A DNA stretch of 64,000 bases from Eubacteriales bacterium (GTDB lineage: Bacteria > Bacillota > Clostridia > Oscillospirales > QAKW01). The position numbers were made by a program, and so were the translations under genes. Numbering within the stretch: position 1 is the first letter of the stretch; each line of letters opens with the position of its first letter. Location: positions 9,411-73,410 of the forward strand of contig JAZPYP010000074.1 in the NCBI GenBank assembly GCA_045544255.1. Reading direction: 5' to 3'. Shown here in pieces: positions 9,550 to 18,200 of this stretch. The notes beneath the pieces are model-generated. The model saw nothing but the letters and a program-made list of their open reading frames with translations, did no database searches and had not been told where the DNA came from.

Positions 9550-11615
9550 TGGTTTTCTCCTGTTTTGCCGCAAGAAGAGTTGGAGCAATAGGTTTCGTTG
9601 CCGCGACCGCTTCTTTTGAATAGCGGGGCGCCGCAGATCTCGCATTTCTTGGTTAAGGGTTCATCCCATGTCATAAAATCGCAGGTGGGATTTTTTTCGC
9701 ATCCATAATAGGTTTTTCCTGCTTTGGAGCGCTTTTTCAAAATTTTCCCGCCGCATTTAGGGCAAGGAACACCGGTATCGATAATAATGGTTTTGGTAAA
9801 GCGGCAGTCCGGATAGCCGGGGCATGCCAAAAATTTACCGAATCGGCCGCTTTTGATCACCAAATTTTTGCCGCAATTCGGGCAGATTTCATCGGTAACC
9901 TCTTCGGGGACTTTAACCCGCTCGGTTAAATCTTTTTCGGCTTTATCAAGGGTTTTCATAAAGAGATCATAGAAGGGGGCAACAATGCTTTGCCATTTTG
10001 CTTTTCCTTCTTCAACTTTATCCAGCTGGGTTTCCAGATGAGCAGTAAAGTCATAATCAACAATGGAAGAAAAATGATCTTTCATGAGCTTGGTTGTAAC
10101 CTCGCCGAGAGCGGTGGGTTTAAGGGCTTTTCCTTCTCGCTCAACATATTCCCTTGCAAGAATAGTGGTAATAATGGGCACAAAGGTTGAAGGGCGGCCA
10201 ATCTCGTTTTCTTCCAACGCTTTGATCAACGATGCTTCGGTATAGCGAGAGGGCGGTTGAGTGAAATTTTGCTCTTTCATTAAATTAGAAAGGAGCAGTT
10301 CATCGCCTTTTTCAATATTATAGAGTTTGCGATGATTTTTCTCCTTTTCAGTTTCTTGGTATGCCGCAGTGAAGCCTTTGAACTTAACAACCTGGCAAGC
10401 GGCCTTGAAGATATATTTTCCGTCGGTAATCTCGGCATTTAAGGTATCGTAAACTGCATCCGCCATTTGGGAGGCGATGAATCGATCATAAATCAGTTTA
10501 TATATTCTGTACTGATCGGGGGTGCAGGTCAGCTTGGCTTGCTCCGGAGTGATAGAAAGATTAGAAGGGCGGATTGCCTCGTGCGCATCTTGTGCGCTCT
10601 TTTTTGTTTTATAAATGCGGCGAACAGAAGGGTAGAATTGCTCTCCAAATGTCTCGATAATATGCTGCTTTGCTGCTGCAGCAGCTTCATCGGAGATGCG
10701 CAAAGAATCGGTTCTCATATAGGTGATCAAACCAACAAGGCCTTCGCCCTTGATGTTCACACCTTCGTATAATTCCTGCGCCGCTTTCATGGTTCGCTTT
10801 GCTTGGAAATTATAGCGGCGGGAAGCTTCCTGCTGAAGAGTGGAGGTAATGAAGGGGGGAGCAGGCGTTTTTCTTTTTTCTGCTCTCTTTATATCGCTGA
10901 TGCGGAAAATTCCCTTTTCCAACTCTTGATAGATTTTGGTGGCTTCCTCCTCATTATGAATTTCAAGGCTGCCCTTTGCAGTGCCGAAAAAGCGCGCTTC
11001 GATTTTATTGGCTCCTTTGGAATCGGTGAAATCAGCAGTGATATTCCAATATTCCTTGGGTATAAATGCGCGGATCTCCTCTTCTCTATCAACAATCATG
11101 GCGGTTGCAACAGATTGCACGCGCCCTGCCGAAAGCCCTTTCTTTACCTTTCTCCAAAGGAAGGGGCTGAGCTTATAACCAACAATGCGATCCAATACTC
11201 TTCTTGCTTGTTGAGCATCTACTAAATTCATGTTGATTTCGGTAGGAGAAGCAACGGCTGCTTTCAGCGCGGATTTGGTAATTTCGTTGAAAACCACCCG
11301 CTTGCATCGATCGGGTTCTACTTGAAGAATGGTGGAAAGATGCCAAGAGATGGCTTCTCCCTCGCGATCAGGGTCGGTTGCAAGATAAATCATATCTGCT
11401 TTTTTAGCTTCCTTCTTCAAAGAACGAATCAATTCGCTTTTGCCGCGAATGGAGATATATTTAGGGGCAAAATTTTCTTCAACATCAATTCCGAAATCGC
11501 TTTTCGGCAGATCGCGGATATGCCCCATTGAGGCAACAACTTTAAATTTCTTGCCTAAATATTTCTCGATGGTTTTGGCTTTGGACGGGGATTCAACAAT
11601 GAATAAATTTGACAT
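9546..11615 (-). CDS. topA: DNA topoisomerase I
   Basis: TOPRIM N-terminus ([18 protein letters not shown]), active-site region [10 protein letters not shown] and C-terminal Cys4 zinc ribbons. Confidence 0.96.
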   Translation of the reverse strand: MSNLFIVESPSKAKTIEKYLGKKFKVVASMGHIRDLPKSDFGIDVEENFAPKYISIRGKSELIRSLKKEAKKADMIYLATDPDREGEAISWHLSTILQVEPDRCKRVVFNEITKSALKAAVASPTEINMNLVDAQQARRVLDRIVGYKLSPFLWRKVKKGLSAGRVQSVATAMIVDREEEIRAFIPKEYWNITADFTDSKGANKIEARFFGTAKGSLEIHNEEEATKIYQELEKGIFRISDIKRAEKRKTPAPPFITSTLQQEASRRYNFQAKRTMKAAQELYEGVNIKGEGLVGLITYMRTDSLRISDEAAAAAKQHIIETFGEQFYPSVRRIYKTKKSAQDAHEAIRPSNLSITPEQAKLTCTPDQYRIYKLIYDRFIASQMADAVYDTLNAEITDGKYIFKAACQVVKFKGFTAAYQETEKEKNHRKLYNIEKGDELLLSNLMKEQNFTQPPSRYTEASLIKALEENEIGRPSTFVPIITTILAREYVEREGKALKPTALGEVTTKLMKDHFSSIVDYDFTAHLETQLDKVEEGKAKWQSIVAPFYDLFMKTLDKAEKDLTERVKVPEEVTDEICPNCGKNLVIKSGRFGKFLACPGYPDCRFTKTIIIDTGVPCPKCGGKILKKRSKAGKTYYGCEKNPTCDFMTWDEPLTKKCEICGAPLFKRSGRGNETYCSNSSCGKTGENQ

Positions 11616-11644
11616 AAGGACCTCTCTTATTGGAAAACTTTAAT

Positions 11645-12799
11645 TTACAGAATAATTTTATATTTTTCGCCGGGGCAGGAAACGATCAAACCGCTATATT
11701 CAAGGGTTGTTAAAATTTGCAAAACATCGTTGACCGGCAGGGCAGAGGCCTCTATAATGGCTTCTGCCGATTTTTCTTCGGTTGAAAGCAAAGAAAAAAC
11801 AATTTGTTCTGAAGAACTTAATTTCTTCAGATTTTTCTTTTTAAATGCATCCAGCTTTTCTTGCTGTAGTTCTTCTTGAAGGGAAATCACATGCTCCGGC
11901 TTGCAGTTGATTTGAGCGAGTTCTTCTTCATAATGGGGAAGGAAATGCTGAAGGATATCGCTAAAATCGGTAACCGGATAGCACCCTTCCTTAATCAGGC
12001 GATTGCTGCCGGCAGATTCTATCATATCGGTATTCGCCATGCATGCGAATACATCGCGATTTTGCTCGGCGGCATAATGCGCTGTCATAAGAGCGCCGCT
12101 CTTCTCCGGCGCTTGGGTAACTAATGTTGCCTCGGAAAGACCGCTTAGGATGCGGTTTCTTTCATGATATGCGTAGCGGTGGGAGGAAAGGCGCGGAAAG
12201 ATTTCGCTAACAATAGCCCCTCGCCGCAAAATATCTTTAAAAAATCTTGTTTTCCATCCATGGTTGGAAAGAAGGCCAAAAGGCGCAACTAATATAAGGC
12301 GTGCATCTGCTTGAAGCGCCGCTTGATAGGCGATGGTATCGATTCCTTCGGCAACACCGCATATAATTGTAAATCCGCAGGCGGAGAGTGCGGCGGCAAG
12401 CTCTTTGGTTATCTTCTCGCCATAGCCATTGGTTTTTCTGGTTCCAACAATGGTAATGGACGGCTTTTCCAAGCAGGAAAGAAGATGCCCTTTGAAAAAT
12501 AGGGGAGAGGGCGGGTTATCAATCTCCAGCAATAATTCTGGATAAAGACGATCTTCCAAAGTGAAGATGCCGATCTCGTTTTCCATGCATTCTCCATAAA
12601 TTTCCCAAGCGGAGCGAAGATCTTTCTTGGAAAGGATGCGAATTTCTTTTTCGGTTAGAAAAGAGCAAACAGAATAATCCATGGCATTGTAAACTTCTTC
12701 GGCACTGCCAAAATAGTCTACAAGTTTTATGGTCTTTTTATTATTATAATTCAGGCTTTCTTTGATCCAAAGCCAAAGGATTTGGTGATTTAGTTCCAT
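11645..12799 (-). CDS. dprA: DNA-processing protein DprA (Smf)
   Basis: DprA Rossmann-like core (IVGTRKTNGYGEKIT...GVAEGIDTIAYQAAL). The start could be 12799 or 12814. Confidence 0.87.
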   Translation of the reverse strand: MELNHQILWLWIKESLNYNNKKTIKLVDYFGSAEEVYNAMDYSVCSFLTEKEIRILSKKDLRSAWEIYGECMENEIGIFTLEDRLYPELLLEIDNPPSPLFFKGHLLSCLEKPSITIVGTRKTNGYGEKITKELAAALSACGFTIICGVAEGIDTIAYQAALQADARLILVAPFGLLSNHGWKTRFFKDILRRGAIVSEIFPRLSSHRYAYHERNRILSGLSEATLVTQAPEKSGALMTAHYAAEQNRDVFACMANTDMIESAGSNRLIKEGCYPVTDFSDILQHFLPHYEEELAQINCKPEHVISLQEELQQEKLDAFKKKNLKKLSSSEQIVFSLLSTEEKSAEAIIEASALPVNDVLQILTTLEYSGLIVSCPGEKYKIIL

Positions 12800-13554
12800 T
12801 TTGTTTGCTCCCAAAGGATAATGGAGGCCGCAACAGCGGCATTGAGGGATTCATTTTCTCCTTGCATGGGGATAAATAATCCATGATCACAAAGCCCCAT
12901 GATTTCCTCTGTAATTCCGTTGGCTTCGTTGCCGATAACAACAATCGTTGGGCTATCAAACTTTATATCGGGGAGCTGCTTGAAGTTTCGATCGAGGCCT
13001 GCGCCTAAAATTCGATATCCTTCCGCTTTGCTTTCTATAAGAAAATCCTTGAGATTTCCTCGCATCATCGGCACTCGGAATGCGCTTCCCATAGCTCCGC
13101 GCAAAACTTTTGAGGAAAAGAGATCTACGCTGCCATCACTCAAATATACCATTTTAACACCAAAGGCTTCCGCAGAGCGAAGCACGGCCCCAAGATTGGA
13201 AGGATCTGAAAGATGATCCAGCGCCAAGATGAATTTGGGTTTGATCGGAATAGAAGTTGTTGGCATGGCTATCACCATGAAAACTCCGGGGCAGGTATCC
13301 ATCTCGGTGAGTTTATTTGCAATGGAATCGCCAATTAATAAGATTTGGTCGGCGTAAAGCTTCTTTAGCAGAGGGTTGCTTGCTTCTTGTTTGGTAACAA
13401 GGCATTTATGTATTTGCAGACCGCTTTTTAAGGCTTCTTGGCAGAGCTTTTTTCCTTCTACCATAAATAAACCTGCTTTGCGCCTTCCTGAAGCTGTTTT
13501 TAGCTTTTGAAGCTGCTTAATGTATTCATTTTGCAAACTTGTGATTTGTTCCAT
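12790..13554 (-). CDS. TrmH/SpoU-family RNA 2'-O-methyltransferase
   Basis: SpoU methylase motifs (LDHLSDPSNLGAVLRSAEAFG, VVIGNEANGI, ESLNAAVAASIILWE). Confidence 0.8.
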   Translation of the reverse strand: MEQITSLQNEYIKQLQKLKTASGRRKAGLFMVEGKKLCQEALKSGLQIHKCLVTKQEASNPLLKKLYADQILLIGDSIANKLTEMDTCPGVFMVIAMPTTSIPIKPKFILALDHLSDPSNLGAVLRSAEAFGVKMVYLSDGSVDLFSSKVLRGAMGSAFRVPMMRGNLKDFLIESKAEGYRILGAGLDRNFKQLPDIKFDSPTIVVIGNEANGITEEIMGLCDHGLFIPMQGENESLNAAVAASIILWEQTKWN

Positions 13555-14210
13555 TAGTCTTTCACCAATTTATCGATGGTCATGTTATGGCCGATCACAA
13601 CCATATGGCTATCTTTATCTAGTGGGACGGCAGGATCAGGGTTGATGCTCAATTCACCGTTTTGCGCTCGAAATGCAATTACATTAATGTTATAGCGCGT
13701 GCGAAGATGGAGTTCGGTTAAAGTTTTGCCTGCCCACTCCTCGGGTACGCACATTTCAATAATTGAATATTCATCAGAAAGGTCAATATAATCCATAATG
13801 CTATTATGACCAAGGCTTTTAGCAAGACGAATACCCATATCTTTTTCGGGAAAAATAACTCGATCTGCACCGACTTTTTGCAAAATTCGCCCGTGAAGTT
13901 CACTGGTGGATTCTGCAATTACATTTTTCATCCCCATTTCCTTGAGAATCATTGTTACCAAAACACCACTCTGAATATCTTCGGTAAGAGCAACGATTGC
14001 CATATCGGCTTGCGTAACATCCAACGCTTGCAAAACATCCTTGTCTGTTGGATCTCCAACTGCAGCGTGGGTAATGAGATCGGCGACGCGATCCACTTTT
14101 TCCTGGTCTTCATCAATTCCGACAACCTCATGGCCGCATTTTTCAAGATGAATTGCCAAATTATATCCAAATCGATCTAAACCGATTATAACAAAGTTTC
14201 TTTTTTTCAA
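13554..14210 (-). CDS. trkA: Trk/Ktr potassium uptake NAD-binding subunit
   Basis: RCK N-domain (IIGLDRFGYNLAIHLEKCGHEVVGIDED) plus a C-terminal TrkA_C domain, adjacent to trkH. Confidence 0.88.
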   Translation of the reverse strand: MKKRNFVIIGLDRFGYNLAIHLEKCGHEVVGIDEDQEKVDRVADLITHAAVGDPTDKDVLQALDVTQADMAIVALTEDIQSGVLVTMILKEMGMKNVIAESTSELHGRILQKVGADRVIFPEKDMGIRLAKSLGHNSIMDYIDLSDEYSIIEMCVPEEWAGKTLTELHLRTRYNINVIAFRAQNGELSINPDPAVPLDKDSHMVVIGHNMTIDKLVKD

Positions 14211-14293
14211 ATTGGTTCACTCCCATATCTTTATGTTTAGGTTAGATTCTTATGGTTGAATAAGAATCTGATGATCTTTACTATTATAAAACT

Positions 14294-15667
14294 TTATCCA
14301 ATAAATATGTTTGCTTTTGGATAGGTGATTTTATCTTGGTCTCGATTGAGCCGCACCATGATGGCAAGGGTTATGGTTAATACACCTATTCGGCCCATAA
14401 ACATCAGTGCAATCAGCAAAATCTTTCCGATTACGGACATGGCCGATATTGCATAACCGGCAACCCCAACAGTGGCAAATGCAGAGGTGTAATTAATAAG
14501 TAGATCTAAAAGGTGTGCATCGGGATCCAGAAAACACCCTAAAATCGTAGAGGTCAAAATTGTTCCTACTGCAATGGAAAAAAGGGAAAATGCCCGATTG
14601 ATATCCTTGCTGGAGATCGTTTTTCCATGTAAATGAACCTTATTTCGCCCGCATGCGGTGAGATAAGCGCAAATAACGACTAAAAGAAATGTAACAGTCT
14701 TAATTCCGCCTGCAGTAGAACCTGAAGATCCTCCAATCAGCATTAAAAATGTAGAAATCAGTTTGGAGGGTTCGGTTAAGCTGCCAATATCAAATGTTGA
14801 AAAGCCGACAGTGCGCATTGTAACGGAGCAGAACAAAGAATTCAATATTTTGTCTCCGATAGAGAGGTTGCCAATGGTTTGAGGATTATTCCATTCGGCA
14901 ACTAAATAAAAAATGGTGCCGAAGACCAGTAAACTGCCTGTGGTCCATAAAACCATCTTGCTGTAAAGAGATAACCGCTGTTTTTTTCGGTAATCCAGAA
15001 GATCTTTCCAAACCCAAAAACCAAGGCCACCAATAATTGTAAGAATCATTAAAATGGAAAGAATATATCCATTTGATTTCAAAGCTGCCAAACTGTCGCC
15101 GGAGCCGAGAATATCAAATCCTGCATTACAGAAGGAAGAAATAGCATGAAAAACAGAAAGCCAAATCCCTCTTAAAATTCCGTGTTGCGGAATAAAAAAG
15201 AAAGAAAGCAGTATGGCGCCGATACCTTCAATAATGAGAGTTCCAATAACAGATAATCGAACAAAAGAAAGAACACCGCCGGGTTGGTCGAGCCCCAAAG
15301 AGGAAGAAAGTAAAAAGCGTTCCCTGAAAGAAAACTTTTTTCGGAATGTCATCATGAGTATCATGGCTAAACTCATGAATCCAAGTCCGCCAACCTGAAT
15401 CAGAAGAAGAATAATCAATTCTCCAAAAAATGTGAAAGTGGAATGTGTATCTATAACGGTAAGACCGGTAACACAGGTTGCACTGGTGGCGGTGAAGAGG
15501 GCAGAAAGCGGGTTCATCCATTCTCCGCTACGATTTGAGATCGGAAGCATTAGAAAAAAGGTTCCAAGCAGGATAATAAAGATGAACCCAATAATCACGA
15601 TGAACATGGGGTTGTGTGTATAATTCAATTTGGAAGCGCGTAATTTATTGTTTAATTTAAACTTCAT
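14294..15667 (-). CDS. trkH: TrkH/KtrB-family potassium transporter membrane subunit
   Basis: Polytopic membrane protein with repeated selectivity-filter-like segments (TATCVTGL, CNAGFD, RTVGFST, GSTAGGIK). Confidence 0.88.
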   Translation of the reverse strand: MKFKLNNKLRASKLNYTHNPMFIVIIGFIFIILLGTFFLMLPISNRSGEWMNPLSALFTATSATCVTGLTVIDTHSTFTFFGELIILLLIQVGGLGFMSLAMILMMTFRKKFSFRERFLLSSSLGLDQPGGVLSFVRLSVIGTLIIEGIGAILLSFFFIPQHGILRGIWLSVFHAISSFCNAGFDILGSGDSLAALKSNGYILSILMILTIIGGLGFWVWKDLLDYRKKQRLSLYSKMVLWTTGSLLVFGTIFYLVAEWNNPQTIGNLSIGDKILNSLFCSVTMRTVGFSTFDIGSLTEPSKLISTFLMLIGGSSGSTAGGIKTVTFLLVVICAYLTACGRNKVHLHGKTISSKDINRAFSLFSIAVGTILTSTILGCFLDPDAHLLDLLINYTSAFATVGVAGYAISAMSVIGKILLIALMFMGRIGVLTITLAIMVRLNRDQDKITYPKANIFIG

Positions 15668-15755
15668 TTTAAAAAACCTACATATTTATTATAAAGAACT
15701 GTGGCTCTATTATAAAAGCATCTTTTAAAAAAAGCAATAGTTTTTTTATATAAAG

Positions 15756-15787
15756 AAAAACAGAGCAGAAAAATCTGCTCTGTTTTA
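15756..15787 (-). terminator. Intrinsic terminator after rplT
   Basis: Stem CAGAGCAG (15761-15768) / CTGCTCTG (15775-15782) with a flanking T tract on the minus strand. Confidence 0.75.
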
Positions 15788-15793
15788 AGAAAA

Positions 15794-16153
15794 TTATTTG
15801 TTCAACTGCTTCTTTGCGGTAGTTACCAAAACAGTGAAAGCGGCTGCATCGGAAACCGCGATCTCGGCCAACATCTTTCTGTTGAGATTGATTTTGGCGA
15901 GCTTCAGGCCGTGCATGAACTGGGAATAATTGATATCGTTCATCTTGCAAGCGGCGGAGATTCTGGTGATCCAGAGGGAACGGAAATCTCTCTTCTTTTG
16001 CTTTCTGCCGATGTATGCGTTTGTCAAAGAGCGCATAACTGCCTGATTAGCGGTTCTGAACTGCTTGCTCTTAGCACCATAGAAGCCCTTAGCGAGCTTT
16101 AAAATCTTTTTTCTTCTCTTGCGGGTAGTAACCGCACCTTTAATTCTAGCCAT
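15794..16153 (-). CDS. rplT: 50S ribosomal protein L20
   Basis: [26 protein letters not shown] is a canonical L20 N-terminus. Confidence 0.97.
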   Translation of the reverse strand: MARIKGAVTTRKRRKKILKLAKGFYGAKSKQFRTANQAVMRSLTNAYIGRKQKKRDFRSLWITRISAACKMNDINYSQFMHGLKLAKINLNRKMLAEIAVSDAAAFTVLVTTAKKQLNK

Positions 16154-16179
16154 TTATTTCAGCCTCCGTTACTTTAAAA

Positions 16180-16377
16180 TTATTTGTAGGGGATCAGCTT
16201 TTTGAGACCTGCAACGTTGGTTGCGTCTACATAAGCCTCTTTGCGCAGAGTTCTCTTGCGCTTAGTTGTCTTCTTATTCAAGATGTGAGATCTGAAAGCG
16301 TGGCTTCTTTTCACTTTGCCGCCTTTTGTAATCTTGAAACGTTTCTTTGCACCACTATGGGTTTTTACCTTAGCCAT
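16180..16377 (-). CDS. rpmI: 50S ribosomal protein L35
   Basis: [24 protein letters not shown] is canonical L35. Confidence 0.97.
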   Translation of the reverse strand: MAKVKTHSGAKKRFKITKGGKVKRSHAFRSHILNKKTTKRKRTLRKEAYVDATNVAGLKKLIPYK

Positions 16378-16390
16378 TTTATAGCCTCCC

Positions 16391-16921
16391 TTATTTTTTT
16401 TCTTTCTTTGGCGCCAGGACCATGATCATATTGCGCCCCTCCAATTTGGCGGGCTTTTCGATCACGCAGTTTTCTTCAGTCAGGGAACAAAAACGCTTTG
16501 CGATATCGTATCCCAGTTCAGTATGAGCCATCTCGCGACCTTTAAACTTCACAACAACTTTAACCTTATCGCCGGCTTTTAAGAACCGGTTGGCATGAGA
16601 TGCCTTGGTTTGAATATCGTGGGTATCGATTTTGAGAGTCAACTGAATTTCCTTAACAGAAACAATGTTTTGGTTTTTCTTGGCCTCTTTTTCTTTTTTT
16701 GCCTGCTCATAGCAATATTTACCAAAATCGATAATCTTGCAAACAGGGGGTTGAGCCTTGGGCGCGATCATTACCAAATCCAAATTTTTGCCTTCGGCAA
16801 TCTTGAGCGCATCGGCAGAGGACATGATCCCAAGCTGGCTTCCGTCGGAATCTACAACACGAATCTCTTTCTCTCGGATGGCATCATTGATGCTCAATCC
16901 TTTTGCTTCTTTTGCGTTAAT
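16391..16921 (-). CDS. infC: Translation initiation factor IF-3, ATT (AUU) start
   Basis: IF-3 sequence [17 protein letters not shown]... On the minus strand GGAGG is followed 9 nt later by ATT AAC GCA AAA (ATT at 16921-16919). The ATG-initiated ORF extension (to 17014) encodes an implausible hydrophobic leader. Confidence 0.9.
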   Translation of the reverse strand: MNAKEAKGLSINDAIREKEIRVVDSDGSQLGIMSSADALKIAEGKNLDLVMIAPKAQPPVCKIIDFGKYCYEQAKKEKEAKKNQNIVSVKEIQLTLKIDTHDIQTKASHANRFLKAGDKVKVVVKFKGREMAHTELGYDIAKRFCSLTEENCVIEKPAKLEGRNMIMVLAPKKEKK

Positions 16922-17077
16922 GTTTCCACACCTCCGAAAAATAATAAAAACGAGCAACATAAATTGCTCGCTCCAAAACATAAAAACACCTAATGATCCA
17001 TTAAGTGAAACCATGTTAACCGCTGCTATTAAAAACGCAGGGTGAGGAACAGAACAATCTATCCTACTTCTTTTTGC
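16922..17077 (-). promoter_or_regulatory. infC-rpmI-rplT leader with attenuator hairpin (L20-leader-like)
   Basis: Leader of about 155 nt. The minus strand has CGAGCAA / TTGCTCG (16951-16970) followed by TTTTTATTATTTTT just before the infC RBS, which matches the known L20-dependent attenuation layout in Firmicutes. Confidence 0.5.
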
Positions 17078-17083
17078 TCATAT

Positions 17084-17112
17084 AGGATACCACACCGCCC
17101 CGTGTGTGTCAA
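17084..17112 (-). promoter_or_regulatory. Candidate promoter of the infC operon
   Basis: Minus-strand TTGACA (17112-17107), 17-nt spacer, TATCCT (17089-17084). Confidence 0.45.
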
Positions 17113-17151
17113 CCTTTTTTTGAAAAAACTTTAATTTTTTTGAAAAACATC

Positions 17152-17180
17152 TTTACAAACTGATAAGAGTTGTGTATAAT
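17152..17180 (+). promoter_or_regulatory. Promoter of the tRNA-Asp/tRNA-Thr unit
   Basis: TTTACA (17152-17157), 17-nt spacer, TATAAT (17175-17180). Confidence 0.7.
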
Positions 17181-17210
17181 AGGGGAGCATTTTGAAGAAA
17201 AATGCCATTT

Positions 17211-17287
17211 GGCCCGGTAGTTCAGCTGGTTAGAACGCTAGCCTGTCACGCTAGAGGTCGTGGGTTCGAGCCCCATCCGGGTCGCCA
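17211..17287 (+). tRNA. tRNA-Asp (anticodon GTC), CCA encoded
   Basis: Cloverleaf folded by eye: acceptor GGCCCGG/CCGGGTC, anticodon loop CTGTCAC, T loop TTCGAGC, 3' GCCA. Confidence 0.95.
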
Positions 17288-17292
17288 TTTTT

Positions 17293-17368
17293 GCTGCTAT
17301 AGCTCAGGTGGTAGAGTGCATCCTTGGTAAGGATGAGGTCACCAGTTCAAATCTGGTTAGCAGCTCCA
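17293..17368 (+). tRNA. tRNA-Thr (anticodon GGT), CCA encoded
   Basis: Acceptor GCTGCTA/TAGCAGC, anticodon stem CATCC/GGATG with loop TTGGTAA, T loop TTCAAAT, 3' TCCA. Confidence 0.95.
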
Positions 17369-17373
17369 AAAAA

Positions 17374-17405
17374 TAAAGCACTTCGTCACGAAGTGCTTTA
17401 TTTTT
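17374..17405 (+). terminator. Intrinsic terminator after tRNA-Thr
   Basis: 12-bp stem TAAAGCACTTCG / CGAAGTGCTTTA, loop TCA, then TTTTT. Confidence 0.8.
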
Positions 17406-17407
17406 AT

Positions 17408-17590
17408 CCAATCCGAAGGATTGGTATGTAATCGCCGATAGGCGTATGTAATCAGTTCGCCTTGCGAACTGTATGTTATCAAAGCGTAAGCTTTGTATGT
17501 TTCTTCCTTCGGATTGATAACATACCACCTACGGTGGATTACATTCCGCAACAAGTTGCGGATTACATGCAATGCTTCGCATTGATTTTT
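17408..17590. repeat. Ordered array of eight distinct mini-hairpins separated by a constant GTATGTAATC / GATTACAT linker, in two convergent halves
   Basis: Read directly from the sequence; coordinates of every hairpin and linker are given in the finding. Confidence 0.8.
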
Positions 17591-17610
17591 CGCCGCTTTT
17601 ATGCTATAAT
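17582..17610 (+). promoter_or_regulatory. Candidate promoter of ORF 17631
   Basis: TTGATT (17582-17587), 17-nt spacer, TATAAT (17605-17610). The -35 overlaps the last hairpin of the array. Confidence 0.55.
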
Positions 17611-17630
17611 ACAGCCAAGGCGGTGATTTT

Positions 17631-18185
17631 ATGAAAAAATCAAAATTGATTCTAAAAACGACTTTGATTATTGTTTCAGTTTTAGCTGTGGGTTTGATTG
17701 GTATTTTTGCGCTTTTATCACTTCCGTGGTTATTGATCTTCGGCGGAATATGGTTATCTCCGGATCCGCCGAAGCCGGAAATTACCAATGGGGAATTCCC
17801 CTTCGAAATCACATATGCAATAAATGAGGAAGTTTATTCTGTTGATGGTGTGTATGTTTGCGAGTATGCAGGAATCGGAGCGGACGAGGGTGTTGGAAAA
17901 TATGTGGATTGGGATGGATATATTAAGGGTACCGAAGATGAAGCTCTGTTTATAATGGAAAAAGACGGTAAAAAAATCTACTGCTCCGTTGGCTGGCCCG
18001 AATATTATATGGATGATCCGGAAGATGATGCAGCAGTTGCGCCGGAGCCGTTTTTTTACAGCGTATACCCCAATAACATGGGAGGAACCACATCTCATTA
18101 TATTAATGATGAAGAAATGCAAACTTACGGCATTTCGATTATCGGTTATGAGTTTTCTGAACCGATAGAAAACGAATTCAAATGA
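17631..18185 (+). CDS. Hypothetical membrane-anchored protein (N-terminal TM segments, acidic extracytoplasmic domain)
   Basis: ATG preceded by AAGGCGGTGA. Hydrophobic N-terminus KTTLIIVSVLAVGLIGIFALLSLPWLLIFGGIWL. I do not recognise a family. Confidence 0.65.
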   Translation: MKKSKLILKTTLIIVSVLAVGLIGIFALLSLPWLLIFGGIWLSPDPPKPEITNGEFPFEITYAINEEVYSVDGVYVCEYAGIGADEGVGKYVDWDGYIKGTEDEALFIMEKDGKKIYCSVGWPEYYMDDPEDDAAVAPEPFFYSVYPNNMGGTTSHYINDEEMQTYGISIIGYEFSEPIENEFK

Positions 18186-18200
18186 TTAGTTTCTAAAAAC

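Noticed and set aside
9550-9645. 32-residue N-terminal extension of trmFO overlapping topA.
   Set aside because: The Arg/Gln-rich extension lies inside the topA coding region. [14 protein letters not shown] is the canonical TrmFO N-terminus and gives an ATGA junction with topA.
16922-17014. N-terminal 31-residue extension of infC from the upstream ATG.
   Set aside because: The extension is hydrophobic nonsense that overlaps the leader attenuator. GGAGG followed by ATT at 16921 reproduces the conserved AUU start of infC.
17408-17590. Possible CRISPR array.
   Set aside because: The constant unit is only 8-10 nt, the variable units are 9-17 nt self-complementary hairpins, the orientation flips midway, and there are no cas genes. 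It does not match CRISPR repeat/spacer dimensions.
17304-17812. Minus-strand ORFs of 74 and 151 aa covering the hairpin array and the tRNA-Thr 3' end.
   Set aside because: They overlap a tRNA gene, its terminator and the start of a better-supported plus-strand gene. They have no RBS, and the translated repeats simply mirror the hairpin/linker periodicity.
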